A DNA stretch of 50,644 nucleotides from a virus (lineage: Duplodnaviria; Caudoviricetes), in IMG/VR virus record IMGVR_UViG_3300035109_000050, positions 1-50,644 of that record, one strand, 5' to 3'. The position numbers and the translations under genes are program-made. A model generated the notes under the pieces. That model saw only the letters and a list, made by a program, of their open reading frames with translations. It was not told where the DNA came from and made no database searches. Of the stretch, positions 8,038 through 17,700 are shown piece after piece. Each line of letters begins with the position of its first letter. Position 1 is the stretch's first letter.

Positions 8038-8996
8038 CAGAAGGTCTCCATAACGCCGATGGTTTGAGTTCCGCTGGCGGCAATTCCGTAGATCGCGGCC
8101 TGCGTGCTGATTGTCGCCGAGGCGCCGGCGGGAAGCGGCATTCCCGTCGACGTCGTGACGCCGCTGGCGCCGAAATAGACCGTGGCCGAGCCCGCGTTGT
8201 AGAGCGTCACGGCGATGCGGCCGGTCCCGGCGGCGCCCGTGCGCGCCGCCACGATCAGCGTGGCCGCGGTTCCGATCGAGGCTTGCGACATGGCGAAGGC
8301 GGCGGAGCCGACGGGGGTATTGTTGACGCCGAACGACGTGTTTCCGATCGAGCCGCCGGCTTGAAACGGCGTTCCCAAATTCGTCAGCAGCGACGAAACC
8401 TTGCCGTAAATTCCCGACAGCCAACCCCGGATGCCGACGCCGCCGGTGGGCGCGGTGATCCCGGTGGCGTCGGTCCCGTCTTGCGCCGCGCCGTTGAGCG
8501 TGCCGATATTGAAGGTCGGAGTGGCCGCGAAGGCGGGCAGAGAGGCGATGCTCACCGCCTGCGTCGTCGGGAAGTTGGAAACCGCGACGCTCTGCCCTGA
8601 CCAGGAGACCGTCCAGGGGCCGCCCGATTGCGTGACGCCGCCAATAACATTGGCTCCGCTCGCGAGCGCTGGAAGGCTCGCGAGGGAGACGGGTTGCGTG
8701 GCCTGCCAAAACGTCCCGGTGACGGCGACGCCCGGCATGGTTCCGATGTTGAAGGTCGGCGGCGCGGCGAAGCCGGGTAGCGGCGAGTTCGGCGACAGCG
8801 CGACCACGAGGGCGTTGTCGCCCGCGCCGGCCGGCGTGGACCCGGCTTTGACATTGGCGACGTTGCCGAGCAGCGCCGGGTCGCCGAAGGTGACGGTTTG
8901 GCGATAGACGGTTTGCCCGCCGCCGTTCAGCAGCGATTGGCAATCGACTTTTTTGCCCGTTCCATCGGGCGGCAGTCCAATGAGGTCGTCGGCCAT
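8037..8996 (-). CDS. Fibre-like structural protein with internal repeats and C-terminal beta-rich domain
   Basis: GAGGGG RBS; repeats TQPVSLASLPA/TQAVSIASLPA and FAAPPTFNIGT/FAATPTFNIGT. The last 92 aa are paralogous to those of 9501..10124. Confidence 0.7.
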   Translation of the reverse strand: MADDLIGLPPDGTGKKVDCQSLLNGGGQTVYRQTVTFGDPALLGNVANVKAGSTPAGAGDNALVVALSPNSPLPGFAAPPTFNIGTMPGVAVTGTFWQATQPVSLASLPALASGANVIGGVTQSGGPWTVSWSGQSVAVSNFPTTQAVSIASLPAFAATPTFNIGTLNGAAQDGTDATGITAPTGGVGIRGWLSGIYGKVSSLLTNLGTPFQAGGSIGNTSFGVNNTPVGSAAFAMSQASIGTAATLIVAARTGAAGTGRIAVTLYNAGSATVYFGASGVTTSTGMPLPAGASATISTQAAIYGIAASGTQTIGVMETF

Positions 8997-9007
8997 TTTA
9001 CCCCTCG

Positions 9008-9448
9008 TTAAGGTCGGATGATCGTCGCGCCGAGGTTCAAGGAGCCGGTCGAGACGACATCCTCGTTGACGCCATCGACGACAAGTAGTTCGTAGTAATG
9101 GGCGCCGGCCGAGAGGCTCGCGGTGTCGACGCGCGCGAACGAAACCAACGCGGTCCAAACGCCGAGTATTTGTTGCAGCGCGCCGGTTTTCGCGGCGACC
9201 GGCGCCGCGCCGTAGATCGCGTAAGGCGCGCTCGACAGCGCGAAGGAATAGGTCGGGCTCGCGTAATCGACCCCGATTCCCGACGGCAAGAGCACGGGAA
9301 AGGCCAGCGTGAAAGTGTCGCCCTGGGCGACCGCGAGCGGCATGTTGCGCGCCGCCGGCAGCGACGCCCGCAGAACATAGACCAGCGACGAGCCTGTTGT
9401 CTGGAGCGCGTCGGTGGACATCAGCGGCATGAACAGCAGCATCGGCAA
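9008..9448 (-). CDS. BppU-N-like Ig-fold adaptor protein
   Basis: VAQGDTFTLAFPV...DTASLSAGAHYYELLV...VVSTGSLNL pattern. Confidence 0.6.
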   Translation of the reverse strand: MPMLLFMPLMSTDALQTTGSSLVYVLRASLPAARNMPLAVAQGDTFTLAFPVLLPSGIGVDYASPTYSFALSSAPYAIYGAAPVAAKTGALQQILGVWTALVSFARVDTASLSAGAHYYELLVVDGVNEDVVSTGSLNLGATIIRP

Positions 9449-9500
9449 CCCTTATGGTTGAGCGGCTATTACAGCGCGGCGGCGAATATCGGATTCGCCA

Positions 9501-10124
9501 TTAGAATGTCTCCCATGCGCTGCATGTCGCGCTGCCCGATCCGACGATTCCATAGACCGCCGAAGTCGTGTCGAGCGTCAGCGCGGCGTTGGCCGGGATT
9601 TGGCCGGCGCCGGCGAACGTCACGCCGTTCGTCGGCCCGATCGCCACGGCGGCGGAGCAAGTAATCGTCAAATGGATGCGGCCCGTTCCCGCCGCGCCGA
9701 GCCGCGCCGCCAGGATCAATGTGGCCGATGTGCCGACCGTGACCGGGGCCGGGCTCGCGAAGGCCGCCGCTCCAACGGGCTGAGCGCCGCTAAGGCCCGC
9801 TGTCACCTGGATCTGCGCGCCGGCGGCCGTGATCGCCCGCGCCCAGACATGCGATGCGGTGAGATAGGGCCGCGACGTTGGGGTCGAGTCGGCGCGGTCG
9901 AGCTGCTCGCCCTGCGCCGAGGACGAGGGCTGCGCGTCGGCGACGATCAGATAGACGCCGCCGAACCCGTTGAGCCCGACCTGCAGCGGCCCCGCGCCGA
10001 TGTCGGTATAGCCGCTCTGGGCGATCGAATATTGCGTGGTGTAGGTCGTCGCCCGCGCCGCCGGACCGCACAGCAGAGCGGCGGCGAGCGCCAGGCCGCC
10101 CGCGAGAGCGTGAATTATTTTCAT
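9501..10124 (-). CDS. Secreted two-domain beta-rich protein
   Basis: Sec signal MKIIHALAGGLALAAALLCGPAARA; GGAG RBS; C-terminal domain paralogous to 8037..8996. Confidence 0.75.
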   Translation of the reverse strand: MKIIHALAGGLALAAALLCGPAARATTYTTQYSIAQSGYTDIGAGPLQVGLNGFGGVYLIVADAQPSSSAQGEQLDRADSTPTSRPYLTASHVWARAITAAGAQIQVTAGLSGAQPVGAAAFASPAPVTVGTSATLILAARLGAAGTGRIHLTITCSAAVAIGPTNGVTFAGAGQIPANAALTLDTTSAVYGIVGSGSATCSAWETF

Positions 10125-10152
10125 CGGTTTCTCCGCGTTAGGGAACGGGCCG

Positions 10153-11373
10153 TTACTTTCTGCCGTAGACCGTGACGGTCGCGGAAAATGTCGAGCCAGT
10201 GGACGGAATAATCTGAAAGCCGGCTATGGCCGTGGTTCCACCAGCCCACAGGCCGGCACCCATAAGCGTATACACAAGTCCGGATTTATAATCCCATCCA
10301 TATGTCTTGAATCCAGAGATTGCAGAAGCGGAAGGGTTTCTAACGGTAATCTTCCGATATGTATATGGGGGGATTACCGTGGAACCTGTGGCGTTCCCGC
10401 ATTCTATATACGCCGTCGATGATGCCCCCGAACTTGTCCCACTTGCTGACCAAGATGAGAATGTAATATAGTTTGAGGTTTGGTAAGCCGACGCGGAATA
10501 TACTTGAAATTCGCACACTGCCGTCGCTGTCGAGCCGATGAACCCTTCGACGACGATCTCGTATTCCGCCAGATTGCCCGCGAAATCGGTGGTGTCTTGA
10601 AACGACGCCTGCGAGGAAACGGTCGTTGAACTGATCTTGCACCACGCTCCGGCGGGTTCATCGGCGCAGACATCGGCTCGAAATCCCGGCGCGGCGGCGG
10701 CGCCGGACGCCGGACCCCGAAACCCATAATTCGCGGTTTGCGAGGCGAGCGAGCAGTTGAATGTTCCGCTCGTCGTGATCGGCGACCCAGAACATGAAAA
10801 TATCGACGGTAGCGAAAGACCGACGCTGGACACCGGGCCAGCCGGCCCGGTCGGTCCGGTGGCTCCCGTGGCGCCCGTTGGCCCGATCAAGCTCACGCAG
10901 CCGCCCGGCCACGCGCCGGAGGCCTTCGGACCGTAAAGGCACGAGCTGGCGGTGTTGAGATAGAAATCGCCATTCTGACCAAGGCCCGACGATGGCGCGC
11001 CGGAACCGTTCCAGATCGTATCGCCCGCCGCGCCGGTGGCCCCCGTCGCGCCCGTGGCGCCGGTGGCGCCGGTCGCGCCGATCAGGCTCGTGCAACCGCC
11101 CGGCCACGCGCCGGCGGCCTGCGGACCATAGAGACAGGAATTGGCGGTGTTGAGATAGAAATCGCCGTTCCGGCCGAGACCAGACGAGGGAGGGCCGCTG
11201 CCGTTCCACAGCGTATTGCCGTTGACCCCGGGGGGGCCCATCGGCCCCGCCGCGCCGGTCGGTCCCTGCGGCCCCATCGGATTGAGCGTGACCGGGCCGT
11301 TGGTCGAGCCGTTCTGGAACGCCGACGCCGGCGAGACGAGCAGCAGCAGCGCGAGGAGGAGGTTTCTCACCAT
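10153..11373 (-). CDS. Collagen-like fibre protein with signal peptide
   Basis: MVRNLLLALLLLVSPASA signal; GXY runs (GPQGPTGAAGPMGPPG, GATGATGAT); two copies of WNGSGxPSSGLGxNGDFYLNTAxSCLYGP; AT-richer C-terminal domain. Confidence 0.8.
   Translation of the reverse strand: MVRNLLLALLLLVSPASAFQNGSTNGPVTLNPMGPQGPTGAAGPMGPPGVNGNTLWNGSGPPSSGLGRNGDFYLNTANSCLYGPQAAGAWPGGCTSLIGATGATGATGATGATGAAGDTIWNGSGAPSSGLGQNGDFYLNTASSCLYGPKASGAWPGGCVSLIGPTGATGATGPTGPAGPVSSVGLSLPSIFSCSGSPITTSGTFNCSLASQTANYGFRGPASGAAAAPGFRADVCADEPAGAWCKISSTTVSSQASFQDTTDFAGNLAEYEIVVEGFIGSTATAVCEFQVYSASAYQTSNYITFSSWSASGTSSGASSTAYIECGNATGSTVIPPYTYRKITVRNPSASAISGFKTYGWDYKSGLVYTLMGAGLWAGGTTAIAGFQIIPSTGSTFSATVTVYGRK
10882..11208 (-). 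repeat. Intragenic direct repeat, two ~132-bp copies with a 195-bp period
   Basis: 11077-11208 and 10882-11013 encode near-identical 44-aa modules separated by GAT collagen triplets. Confidence 0.85.
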
Positions 11374-11783
11374 GTCGGACCCTGCGTGATCGTGATGTTT
11401 CCAGTGGCGACGACGGTCTTTTCGCCGCTCGCCGCGATGAATTTGAGCGAGATCGGATAGGTCCCCGGCGCGGCGCGGCGCACCACGTCCTCGGCCTGCT
11501 GGAACTCCAGCGCGACGGTGGCGCCGGCGATTGGATTGCCGAGCGAATCGAGGCCGGCGCCGCTGGCGATGGAGAGCTGCGTCAGGCTGCCGTCGCCGGC
11601 GGCGCTGTCGAAATTCAGCGTCGCCTGGGGGTTGTTTAGGGGATAGCGCGCCTGCATCAGCCAGCGGCCGCCGGCGAGATAGCCGGAGGTCCAGCCGGGC
11701 AGCGCGATGCTTTCCGAGACGTCGAAGGTCTCGGTCTGGTCGCAGGTCCAGGCGAGCGTCGCGACTTGGGCGGTTGTCGCCAT
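11367..11783 (-). CDS. Second BppU-N-like adaptor protein
   Basis: CDQTETFDVSES...PGTYPISLKF...VVATGNITIT; same layout as 9008..9448. Confidence 0.55.
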   Translation of the reverse strand: MATTAQVATLAWTCDQTETFDVSESIALPGWTSGYLAGGRWLMQARYPLNNPQATLNFDSAAGDGSLTQLSIASGAGLDSLGNPIAGATVALEFQQAEDVVRRAAPGTYPISLKFIAASGEKTVVATGNITITQGPTW

Positions 11784-11788
11784 GGCGG

Positions 11789-12331
11789 TTAGCTATTCGC
11801 CGGCCACGCCGCGATCGGCGAGGGCGGCGCGTCGATCTGCGCGGTGGTGGTGATGGTTCCGGCGGCGATCGCCGTCACCACGGCGCCCAATGTCGCCTGC
11901 ACCGCGACATAAAAGTTGGAGATCGCCGCGAAGATCGTCTCCACCTGCGCCGCCGTCAGCGTGACGACGCCGCTCGGAAACACCTGCATGACGGTCTCGC
12001 TCGGATTGGCGATGGCGACCGCCGCCGCGGCGCTCACGCGCGCGTAGCTGAGTGGATCGGTGGCGCATTCGACATTCTGCGCCGGCTGGCCCGAGGCGGC
12101 GATATTGACCGTGATCCCGCCCGCCTCGATCCGCGCCGCCTTGTTCAGCGCATAGAGATTGAGCGCCGTCCCGACCCCGGAATAGCCCGGGAACTGCGCT
12201 TCGAGCGTCGCCTCGGAGGCCGGTTCCGGCGAGGACAGAAACTCGCCGCTCGCCGCGACATAGCCAGGGGGAACCATGCGCATCGATAGCCCGGTCGCCG
12301 CGCTGTAGGAATAGCAATAGGTCACTTGCAT
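11789..12331 (-). CDS. DUF4376-like tail fibre assembly protein
   Basis: IEAGGITVN..ATDPLS..VTLTAAQV..IAAGTITTTAQIDA..WP; follows the fibre gene; GAGG RBS. Confidence 0.7.
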   Translation of the reverse strand: MQVTYCYSYSAATGLSMRMVPPGYVAASGEFLSSPEPASEATLEAQFPGYSGVGTALNLYALNKAARIEAGGITVNIAASGQPAQNVECATDPLSYARVSAAAAVAIANPSETVMQVFPSGVVTLTAAQVETIFAAISNFYVAVQATLGAVVTAIAAGTITTTAQIDAPPSPIAAWPANS

Positions 12332-12338
12332 GGTCGCC

Positions 12339-13643
12339 TCAGATGTTGATCTTGCCGCCGGAGATGAAACTGGCCGCGTTCGACTGCGCCGCGATGTAAA
12401 GCGTCGGCGGCGCCTCGAACATGATCCGCGCGCGCGAGAAGGAGCTTTGCGTGCTTGCGTTGTAGCCAGAGGAAGTATATGGCGGAGCGCTAGACGCATA
12501 ATTAGCTCCGCCGTAATTAGCGTTTGGCGCGAGCAGGGTGTCGTTGCCGCTCGACGCGCTGCCGCCGAACACCACGTCCACCGCGATGGATTTCGACGGG
12601 ATGGCGCCGGCGAGCGAGACGGCGGTCGTCGCCCCCGTGGTGATGCTACCAACCGCGCCGGTGCTGAGCACGGGCAGAGCGGTGGTGTTCGGGCCAGACG
12701 CCACGACCTGATACCACCACTCGTCGTCGCGCTGGATCAAGCTGTAAAAATTCTTCGACGAGTCGGTGCGCTGCCAGCCGACGCGCATATAGGTCGTGAC
12801 GCCGCTGGGGACGGTTGGAGCATTGCCCTCGAGCGTCATCCACGCCGTCTGCGCGCCGGTGGCGCCAATGACGCCGGCGTAAAGGTCATAGGCCGCCGAC
12901 GCCGCGAGCGCCCCGGTGTCCAGGCCGCCGGCCCCGCTGGTCGCGGAGTTGATCGACGCCGAGAAATTGGCGACGCCAAACAGCCAATCGGCGGTGACAT
13001 TGACAACGGATGTCGAGGAATTGTTGATCAGTAGGTTCTTGTAGCGCAGCGCGGCGCCGCTCGGAAGCTGGCTCGCGACCAGCCCGGCCACGCGCCAGAA
13101 GCCGCTGCCGGCGTTCCAGCGCACCCGCGCCGCATTAGCGATGATGTCGGCCGCCGCCAGCGCGCCGCCGGCGCTGTTCTTGATCGTCTTGGCGCCGGTG
13201 AGGCCGGGACAGGTCAGCGTCGGCGCGATGGTGGCGTTGGCGGCCGAGAATTCGATCAGGAATTCCATGCCGTCGAGAATTTCCGGCGGCGTCGGGGTCG
13301 GCGTGATCACATAGGCGTCGGCCGCGCCGCTGTCGACGCAATAGGTCGCGCGGCCGCGCTGCACATAGTTCTGCACGCCGAGCAGCAGCTGGGTGTCGCC
13401 GCCGGTCTCGGCGACCACCGGCGCGCCGGCGACGGTCGAGCCGTTGGCGCGCACCAGACCGCGCAGATTGACCGTGACCTCATTGGCCCATTCGGCCGAA
13501 TTTTCCGTCCCGTCCTGCGCCGTCGGCGACGAACAATCGACCGCGAAATCGTCGGCCGCCGCCGCCGCGCGCGTGTCGGTCGCCGGCCGCGTCAAGCTGG
13601 CGAGCAGATTGGTGCCGTAGCGGAACGCTCCGTAAAGGCTCAT
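12339..13643 (-). CDS. Main tail fibre protein
   Basis: Directly after the baseplate genes; DGTENSAEWANEV..L, DSGAADAYVIT..P, GAGGLDTGALAAS..Y motifs. Confidence 0.8.
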   Translation of the reverse strand: MSLYGAFRYGTNLLASLTRPATDTRAAAAADDFAVDCSSPTAQDGTENSAEWANEVTVNLRGLVRANGSTVAGAPVVAETGGDTQLLLGVQNYVQRGRATYCVDSGAADAYVITPTPTPPEILDGMEFLIEFSAANATIAPTLTCPGLTGAKTIKNSAGGALAAADIIANAARVRWNAGSGFWRVAGLVASQLPSGAALRYKNLLINNSSTSVVNVTADWLFGVANFSASINSATSGAGGLDTGALAASAAYDLYAGVIGATGAQTAWMTLEGNAPTVPSGVTTYMRVGWQRTDSSKNFYSLIQRDDEWWYQVVASGPNTTALPVLSTGAVGSITTGATTAVSLAGAIPSKSIAVDVVFGGSASSGNDTLLAPNANYGGANYASSAPPYTSSGYNASTQSSFSRARIMFEAPPTLYIAAQSNAASFISGGKINI

Positions 13644-13644
13644 G

Positions 13645-14394
13645 TCATTGTGTCCTGTAAACGACGAGGGCGTGCGCCGGCGCGATGCGCTCGATCAGGC
13701 ATTGCAGCGGGGCGATGGAGTTTTCGGCGCAGGCGCGGAACTGGCCGAAACGGCCGCGTCCGAACAGCAGCGGGGTCACGGTCGGCGCGACGTAGGCCGG
13801 CGACGAGCCGGTGTAGACGACGATGGTCAGCGTGTTCACATCGGCCGCGCCGAAGCCGTCGCCGCCATAGCCATAGGTCTCGGCGCAGCCGCGCGCATGG
13901 CCGAATCGGTAATTGCCGAACCGCGGGCTTTGATCGGCGGTCGCCGGCACGCCGCCGCCGAATCGACTGACGCCGAACTGCCGCAAGCAAGCGGCGGTGA
14001 ACGCGACGCAGGCGATGGTCCAGCCGTTTCGCGCCGCGACCTCCTGGAAATATTCGCAGCGCTGGCCACCGACCGCCGCGACCTTGGCGCAGAGGTCGCC
14101 ATAGGGGTTGCAGTCGTCGGGCAGCCCGTATTGCGCGTTCCAGACGTCGAGCGTCTCGCTCGCGGTCGCGCAAAAGAACTCCTCGCGCATGTTGCACATG
14201 CGCTCATTGAACCACGCCCGCATATGCGCCACGGCGTCGAAGAAGCCGTAGAGCGTCGTGGTCGGCCACGGGCCGCCGTCATTGGTCTGGAACGACCGCC
14301 CCGGCGGCAGCAGCGCGAAGATTTGCGGCCGCAGCTCGTCCCCGGTCGGACAAATGTCGATCGACGGCGCGGCGGCGTCGCAGGGCTCTGACAT
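13645..14394 (-). CDS. Baseplate protein, Mu gp48/YmfQ (DUF2313)-like
   Basis: ALLPPGR, ETLDVWNAQYGLPD.C, LQCLIERIAPAH. Confidence 0.85.
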   Translation of the reverse strand: MSEPCDAAAPSIDICPTGDELRPQIFALLPPGRSFQTNDGGPWPTTTLYGFFDAVAHMRAWFNERMCNMREEFFCATASETLDVWNAQYGLPDDCNPYGDLCAKVAAVGGQRCEYFQEVAARNGWTIACVAFTAACLRQFGVSRFGGGVPATADQSPRFGNYRFGHARGCAETYGYGGDGFGAADVNTLTIVVYTGSSPAYVAPTVTPLLFGRGRFGQFRACAENSIAPLQCLIERIAPAHALVVYRTQ

Positions 14395-14409
14395 GCTTCT
14401 GGCGTCCCG

Positions 14410-15591
14410 CTATTCGAAGAACACGCTGCCGAGCACCGGGATCGCGCCGGCGGGAATCACGTCGTCGGCGCCGGGGGCCGAGAGGTCGAAGCTCCGCGTC
14501 CCCGAGGCGTTGGCCACGGCCTGCCAGATCCACGACTGCGAGAAGGTGAAGGGCCACGCGAGATAGGGCAACGCCGGGATGTCGAGATCGGAGCCCGAGA
14601 CCCGCGACAGCCGCAGGAAGGCGTTTTGCAGCTCGGCGATAATAGCCGCTTGTGCCGCCGCCGTCTGCGGATTGAGATTGGCGATCGTCACGTCGATCGG
14701 ATAGAGCGTCGCCGCCGCCGTGGTGACCAGCGCGGTCGCGGGAACCACGCCCTCGAGATAGGCGGCGACCTCGGCGAGGTGCGCCGCGTCGGGCGAGCCG
14801 GAGCCGGGGAACAGCGCGTCGAACAACGGGAAGACCCGCACCGTGCCGGCGCCGCGCCAGCGCCGCTCGACGAACACCCGCGTCACGCCGGGAATATCGG
14901 CGCACCATTGCACGTAGTCGGCGGGATTGCCGCCGGCCGGCGGGTTGCGCAGCCGGAACAGCAGCCGGCCGCGCAGCGTCGAAAGATCGGTGGTGTAGAA
15001 CGCGCCGTCCTGTTCGACGTCGACGCCGAAGACGATGCCGCCAATGTCGGCGACGGCGGCCGCGCCGTTGAGGCCGGGCCCGGTCGGGGCCGGGGCGTTG
15101 GTCGAAATGGCGAAGGGCAGGCCCGGCGCGCAATTGCCGACGCTGCCCGCGCCGTCGGTCGAGCCGCCGGGGTTGAGTTGCGGATTTGAGACCGCCGTGA
15201 CCGGGATCGAAACCGAGCCGGCCGCCGAAAGGCTGGCGGCGGCGGTCGAGGCATAGGTCCAGCCGTCGCCGCGCGTGAAGGAGCAGCCGGCCGGAAACAC
15301 GGCGGCGTCGGTCGTCGTCACAAGAATGTCGCCGCCGGCCGCGGCGGCGGGGCGGCGGGTCAGGCCAAATTGGCCAGCGAGCGTATCGAGCCAGGTCCCC
15401 TCGGCGGTGACCGCGAAGGCCTGACGGCCGACGAAATCGAGCCGGCCGAAGTCCTCGGCCTGGCCGCCGGCCATGACCTGGCTCGCAACGACCACATTGT
15501 TGAACGGCGTCGCCGCGTCGAGCGTTCCGCGCGAGCGAAACGCCGCGAGCCATTTGGCGGAAAGCGTCGCGAGGGTCGGGAAGTTGAACAA
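14410..15591 (-). CDS. Baseplate J / Mu gp47-like protein
   Basis: TAEGTWLD..A...GLTRRPA, LRGRLL.R.RNPPAGGNPADYVQW...PGVTR..V, GAGTVRV. TTG start inferred just after the gp46 stop. Confidence 0.9.
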   Translation of the reverse strand: MFNFPTLATLSAKWLAAFRSRGTLDAATPFNNVVVASQVMAGGQAEDFGRLDFVGRQAFAVTAEGTWLDTLAGQFGLTRRPAAAAGGDILVTTTDAAVFPAGCSFTRGDGWTYASTAAASLSAAGSVSIPVTAVSNPQLNPGGSTDGAGSVGNCAPGLPFAISTNAPAPTGPGLNGAAAVADIGGIVFGVDVEQDGAFYTTDLSTLRGRLLFRLRNPPAGGNPADYVQWCADIPGVTRVFVERRWRGAGTVRVFPLFDALFPGSGSPDAAHLAEVAAYLEGVVPATALVTTAAATLYPIDVTIANLNPQTAAAQAAIIAELQNAFLRLSRVSGSDLDIPALPYLAWPFTFSQSWIWQAVANASGTRSFDLSAPGADDVIPAGAIPVLGSVFFE

Positions 15592-15593
15592 GC

Positions 15594-16112
15594 CTATCTC
15601 CCGATCTGCGCCCAGACGACATCGAATTGCGCGGCGTAAATTTGCGCGCCGTCGGACCCGTAAAGCGCGACGGCCAGCGTCACGCCATTGCGGCGCGGCA
15701 GGATCGTCGCCGTCGCGCTCGCCTTGACCGCGAGGCCGGCGGCGATCAGCGGCGCGAGCGCGTCGAGCGCGAAGGTCTCGGCGTAACGGCGATTGGTCTC
15801 GTTGACCGCCTTGTTTTCCAGCAGCCACAGCAGCGACCCCATCTCGGGGATTCCCTGCGCCGCCAGCAGCGGCGTCGCCCACCATCCCCGCAGATCGCCG
15901 TCGCCGGGCGCCAGCGGATGATCGGCCGGGCAGGCCTTGTCGGTCATCAGCGCCAGGATGGCGCAGGTCGCTATGCCTGCGCTCGCCTTGAGCGACCCGT
16001 CGGCGGCGCGGGCCCAATCGCCCTGCTGCGTCTCGCGGTTCCAGATCGTGTCCCACGCCAGATAGGCGTTGGACGGGCAGGACAGATCGGGCTGGATCGA
16101 TATCTGGACCAT
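15594..16112 (-). CDS. Mu gp46-like baseplate protein
   Basis: LMTDK...DLRGWW...MGSLLWLL...YAE.FALDALAPLI..G. Confidence 0.88.
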   Translation of the reverse strand: MVQISIQPDLSCPSNAYLAWDTIWNRETQQGDWARAADGSLKASAGIATCAILALMTDKACPADHPLAPGDGDLRGWWATPLLAAQGIPEMGSLLWLLENKAVNETNRRYAETFALDALAPLIAAGLAVKASATATILPRRNGVTLAVALYGSDGAQIYAAQFDVVWAQIGR

Positions 16113-16113
16113 A

Positions 16114-16641
16114 TCACCCAGTCCGAGCGAAGACGTTGGTCGATGGCCCCGAGGTCGTCGACACGGCGGCGTAAGTTCCACTCGACGACTTGCCGCCGAG
16201 GTAAATCTTGTTGCTCGCGCCCGGATCGACCGCGATGTCGGCGCCGTCGGAGGTGATGGTCGCGCCCTTGCAGGTCACGATCCAGGCGTTGCCGTCGAAT
16301 TTGAACTTCGCGCCGCCCTTGAGCAGTAACGAAATGACATTGCCCGCCATGTCGTAAAGCGCCGTCGCGCCCGACGGCAGATTGCGCTGGCGGTATCGCT
16401 GGTGTTCGAACCCCATCGCCCAGGCGCGATCGGCGCGGCCGCCCTGCGGCAAAAGCAAGCCTTCCGATCCGGGCGGCGGGTTGGAGGCAAAGCCGAAGTC
16501 ATGCGAGCGCGGGACGTTCGAGAATTGCTCGCCCTTGAGCCCGGTCAGCGTCATACGCTGAAAGTCGCCGGAGTCGTCGACCGAGACCACGCCGGCCCGC
16601 CGCAGCATCGAACGCGTCGCGTCGCGGTGTTCGTCGAACAT
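16114..16641 (-). CDS. Mu gp45-like baseplate spike
   Basis: VDDSG..Q...GLKGE, FGFASNPPPGSEG, GGR, RNLPSGATALYD. Confidence 0.88.
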   Translation of the reverse strand: MFDEHRDATRSMLRRAGVVSVDDSGDFQRMTLTGLKGEQFSNVPRSHDFGFASNPPPGSEGLLLPQGGRADRAWAMGFEHQRYRQRNLPSGATALYDMAGNVISLLLKGGAKFKFDGNAWIVTCKGATITSDGADIAVDPGASNKIYLGGKSSSGTYAAVSTTSGPSTNVFARTG

Positions 16642-16647
16642 TTCGGC

Positions 16648-17697
16648 CTATTCTCCGATATCCCAATCGCTCGACGAGCCGCTCGATTGCCCCGCCTTGC
16701 CGCCATAGGCGCGCGGATCGACGAGGCCGAGATGCGCGTTGGTCGACTTCGGCGTTTGCGTATAAGTGACATGCTCGATCAGCATGTCCTGTTTCAGCCC
16801 GAGAAAGGCGCTCTCGGTCCAAACCTTGTTGCCCGGGACGAACAGCGCGCCGTTGTCGTCGCGCCAGCCCGCGACACTGACGCCGGCCTTGATCGCCTCG
16901 CCGGCGGCGCGGTCGCGGTGATAGGTCGCGCGCTTCTTCGCGCGGTCCGACGAGGTGTTGCCGTCGATCACGATGACGCGCGTCCGGTCGCGGGTGATCG
17001 CGCCGTCGGTCGCCTGTCCCTCGATCTGCATCGCCGCCGCGCCGTGGCCGTCGAACGACTGGCCGCGCACGTGATAATTCTTGTGCCGGTTGGCGTCGTT
17101 CAGATCCGACGACGCCTGCTCGATGTTCTGGCCCTGATAGAGGCCGCCGGCCTGACGCCGCGCCTGACTCGCGTCGACGATGACGATCGAGCCGTCGGCC
17201 GCGCCCATCATCGTCGCGCCCTGATCGCGCAGCAGCCGTTCGATCTCGCGAAACACCGACGCGCCGGGGTTAAGCTGATATTGCGCGATCTTTTGCAACT
17301 GAACCATCGACGTGAAGGTCACGCCCCGCGGCGCGATGGCGTTGGCGATGTCGAGCGGGGTCTCGTTCAGGAAGCAGCCGGTGTCATGCTTGGCGGAGGA
17401 GTCCACCGCGTCGGCCCCCTTGGCGCGGCCGCAAACCGCGATGGTTTGCACGCCCGGCGCCATATGCGGCCGGCGCCGGTCGACATAGCCGTTGAAAATC
17501 TGGTCGGACCCACCCTGGATTTGCACCGGATTGCCGCTGGCGAAAATCTCGTGCGCCGCCGCCGCCCCCTGCGCGTCGGCGATGACCAGCTGAAAGCTCC
17601 GCGCCGCCTCCTTCATCGAGGCGTGGACGCTGATGCCCTCCCAGCTCGCATACGGCTGGCCGCCGACCAGGACGGTGACGTTTTCAGTCTGGGGCAT
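16648..17697 (-). CDS. Mu gp44-like baseplate hub
   Basis: VTVLVGGQPYASWE..SV.AS...AARSF, GYVD, GRAKGADAVDSSA, GWRD..GAL..PG. Confidence 0.88.
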   Translation of the reverse strand: MPQTENVTVLVGGQPYASWEGISVHASMKEAARSFQLVIADAQGAAAAHEIFASGNPVQIQGGSDQIFNGYVDRRRPHMAPGVQTIAVCGRAKGADAVDSSAKHDTGCFLNETPLDIANAIAPRGVTFTSMVQLQKIAQYQLNPGASVFREIERLLRDQGATMMGAADGSIVIVDASQARRQAGGLYQGQNIEQASSDLNDANRHKNYHVRGQSFDGHGAAAMQIEGQATDGAITRDRTRVIVIDGNTSSDRAKKRATYHRDRAAGEAIKAGVSVAGWRDDNGALFVPGNKVWTESAFLGLKQDMLIEHVTYTQTPKSTNAHLGLVDPRAYGGKAGQSSGSSSDWDIGE

Positions 17698-17700
17698 GGA

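Noticed and set aside
10882-11208. Diversity-generating retroelement TR/VR pair
   Set aside because: Both copies are in frame within one gene, differences are not adenine-specific, and no reverse transcriptase is in the window.
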